Source of the DNA: an uncultured Acidobacteriota bacterium
GTDB taxonomy: Bacteria > Acidobacteriota > Vicinamibacteria > Vicinamibacterales > UBA2999
Assembly: GCA_963742105.1 (NCBI GenBank)
Contig: CAVUKN010000005.1
Span: 1,775,884-1,839,883, forward strand
Length of the DNA stretch: 64,000 bases
Direction: 5' to 3'
In this document: piece by piece, positions 62,067-64,000 of the stretch
Layout: every line of letters starts with the position of its first letter
Numbering within the stretch: the stretch's first letter is position 1
Made by a program: the position numbers and the translations under genes
The notes under the pieces: generated by a model
Database searches by the model: none
The model's input: the letters and a program-made list of their open reading frames with translations, nothing else
What the model was told of the DNA's origin: nothing

Positions 62067-62416
62067 TCACCAAGTCCAAGACACTCCATACAGACCCGGG
62101 TCGGTCTTCCCATCGGCGGCCGCGAGGGCTTCTCCTACATCGCGACGCTCTGATCGTCTGTTCAGTTTGCAGTGAAACAGAACTCGTCCGTAGGTGATAC
62201 GGCTGAGCGTATCTGCACACTGATTTAAGCTCAGCAGCAATCCTCGTATTGACCAGCCCGAACTCAACCTTCGACAATCGATCCCCTCCCCTCACGTACA
62301 CGGGCGCCTACCAACGAACACTGGCGCCGCCGCCAAGAAACTGAGCTGTTGAGCGCGTCGCAGCACGGCTGCATATGCGTCCAGCTCTTGTGTCTGACGA
62401 CGCGAAAGGCTGGTCG

Positions 62417-64000
62417 ATGAAGAACGCGGGTCGTGCCCTGTTCGGGTTCATGCTGGTCCTGGCTACGGTCGCTCCCGGATGGGCGCAGAACAACGGCAAG
62501 CCGAAGAAGAACGACGTTACGTCGGTCGAGCCGACCACTCAGGTGATTGTGCGTGCGAAAAACTGGGGGTCGTTGAAGGACCTCCTGCCCGATGTCGGAA
62601 AGGCTGGCGGCAAGGTCAAGCGCCAGCTCGACCTCATCGACTCACTGGTTGCGCAGGTTCCGGCGAGCGCGCTCGACGGACTTCGTCACAACCCGCACGT
62701 TCAGCAGCTCGATATCGACCGGCCCGTGTTCGGGGCGATGGAGCGTACGGGCGCTACAGTGGGTGCCGACATCGTTCGCCAGCAGATGGGACTCGATGGC
62801 CGCGGGATCGGCGTGGCCGTCATCGATTCGGGCGTGACGACGTGGCACGACGACCTTAGCGACAACGGTTCTGGCCAGCGCGTCGACGCCTTCGTTGATT
62901 TCGTCAATGACCGCTCGGTTGCCTACGACGACTACGGTCATGGGACCCACGTCGCTGGAATCATCGCCGGGAATGGCTATGACTCGAGCGGCCGACGGAC
63001 AGGAATCGCGCCTGGTGCCCACCTGATCGTGCTCAAGGCGCTCGACGAAAACGGCGGTGGAACCATCAGCGATATCATTGCCGCGCTCGACTACGTTCAC
63101 ACCAATCGATACGCCCTCAACATTCGCGTCGTCAACCTGTCGATCGGCGCCGGTGTGTATCAGTCGTACCTGACGGATCCGCTGACGCTGGCGACCCGCC
63201 GAATCGTCGAGGACGGGATCGTCGTGGTGGCTGCCGCCGGAAACGCGGGGAAGGATCCGGCGGGCAATATCCGCTACGGTGGCGTCACCGCGCCGGGGAA
63301 TGCGCCCTGGGTCCTGACAGTCGGCGCGTCGAGCCACATGGGTACTGCCGATCGAGCCGACGATACGATGGCGGCGTTCAGTTCACGCGGCCCGACGGCA
63401 GTCAACTACACGGCGAAACCCGACCTCGTGGCTCCCGGCGTCGGCATCGAATCACTGAGCGGTCCCAAGAGCACCCTGTACGCGAGCAAGGCGCAGTACC
63501 TGCTCGATGGAACGGTTCCGACCTCATCCAAGCCGTATCTCAGCTTGACGGGAACGAGCATGGCCGCGCCTGTCGTGGCCGGCACCGTCGCACTCATGCT
63601 GCAGGCCGACCCCGCGCTGACGCCAAACGCGGTCAAGGCCATTCTGCAATACACGTCTGAACGCTATTACGGCTCCGACTCCTTGACGCAGGGGGCCGGC
63701 TTTCTCAACTCCGCAGGCGCGGTTCAACTCGCCCGCGCGTTCGCAAATCCATCGATCAAGGTAGACGCGCCGCGTTCCTGGACGCGGCGTCTCATCTGGG
63801 CCAACCATTCCATTCGCGGCGGCACGCTCGATCCCTCGGCCAACGCGTGGCCGACGGATGTCACCTGGGGCGACTCGCGCACGCCTGCCGGTGAGCTGAT
63901 TGGGTGGGGTAAATGGTGGGGCGTGTCGTGCGCGAATCTGTCGTGCTCGTCGCTGACATGGGGCTCATCGACGTCGCCAAATGTCGTGTGGGGAACCAAA
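62417..64000 (+). CDS. S8 family (subtilisin-like) secreted serine protease, 3' end outside window
   Basis: Signal MKNAGRALFGFMLVLATVAPGWAQ and an I9-like propeptide. Catalytic Asp (GVAVIDSGV), His (HGTHVAGIIAG), Asn (NLSIG) and Ser (LTGTSMAAPVVAG). A Trp-rich C-terminal region (..GWGKWWGVSC..TWGSS..VVWGT) runs off the window. It is absent from the ORF track only because no stop is reached. Confidence 0.85.
   Translation, partial: MKNAGRALFGFMLVLATVAPGWAQNNGKPKKNDVTSVEPTTQVIVRAKNWGSLKDLLPDVGKAGGKVKRQLDLIDSLVAQVPASALDGLRHNPHVQQLDIDRPVFGAMERTGATVGADIVRQQMGLDGRGIGVAVIDSGVTTWHDDLSDNGSGQRVDAFVDFVNDRSVAYDDYGHGTHVAGIIAGNGYDSSGRRTGIAPGAHLIVLKALDENGGGTISDIIAALDYVHTNRYALNIRVVNLSIGAGVYQSYLTDPLTLATRRIVEDGIVVVAAAGNAGKDPAGNIRYGGVTAPGNAPWVLTVGASSHMGTADRADDTMAAFSSRGPTAVNYTAKPDLVAPGVGIESLSGPKSTLYASKAQYLLDGTVPTSSKPYLSLTGTSMAAPVVAGTVALMLQADPALTPNAVKAILQYTSERYYGSDSLTQGAGFLNSAGAVQLARAFANPSIKVDAPRSWTRRLIWANHSIRGGTLDPSANAWPTDVTWGDSRTPAGELIGWGKWWGVSCANLSCSSLTWGSSTSPNVVWGTK

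Noticed and set aside
61943-62416. An integrated element or genomic island at tRNA-Leu.
   Set aside because: There is no integrase, no direct repeat of the tRNA 3' end within the window, and the next gene is an ordinary secreted protease. Only the compositional oddity is retained, as a low-interest finding.

Overview
High-GC (about 65-67%) bacterial chromosome segment. I infer it is Acidobacteriota-like from a VWFA-related acidobacterial-type protein, a DUF1501/DUF1800 pair and the gene order; no database search was possible. Most of the window is core housekeeping. It starts with a sigma-54-driven minor-pilin operon (FimT/GspH-, PilV-, PilW-, PilX-, PilY1-like) followed by an orphan NtrC-type enhancer-binding protein. 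Next come aroB, nadB, proS, tatCA, an S41 protease and smc, then the conserved minus-strand block rimO | rimP-nusA-infB-rbfA-nrnA-truB-rpsO-pnp. The rest includes asnS, an AmgK/MurU-like cell-wall recycling pair, htrA, an M24 peptidase, DUF1501/DUF1800, glgP, an AI-2E transporter, ABC transporters, an ABC-F ATPase, tRNA-Leu(CAG) and a partial S8 protease. I saw no rRNA, CRISPR array, transposase, integrase or prophage. Two window-wide signals stand out. (1) At least 14 intergenic spacers hold imperfect hairpins whose arms are tandem arrays of a 7-nt unit, in several sequence flavours. They sit at 6 of 7 convergent gene junctions and at 0 of 7 divergent ones. I do not recognise this as a described repeat family, and it is my best candidate for something new. 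(2) About 50 single-base frameshifts, mostly insertion-type and regionally clustered, break many genes, including essential ones (infB, nusA, proS, asnS). This almost certainly reflects consensus errors rather than biology, so broken genes are reported as single CDSs with approximate shift positions. Many long antisense ORFs in the six-frame track are GC-driven shadows and are not reported.
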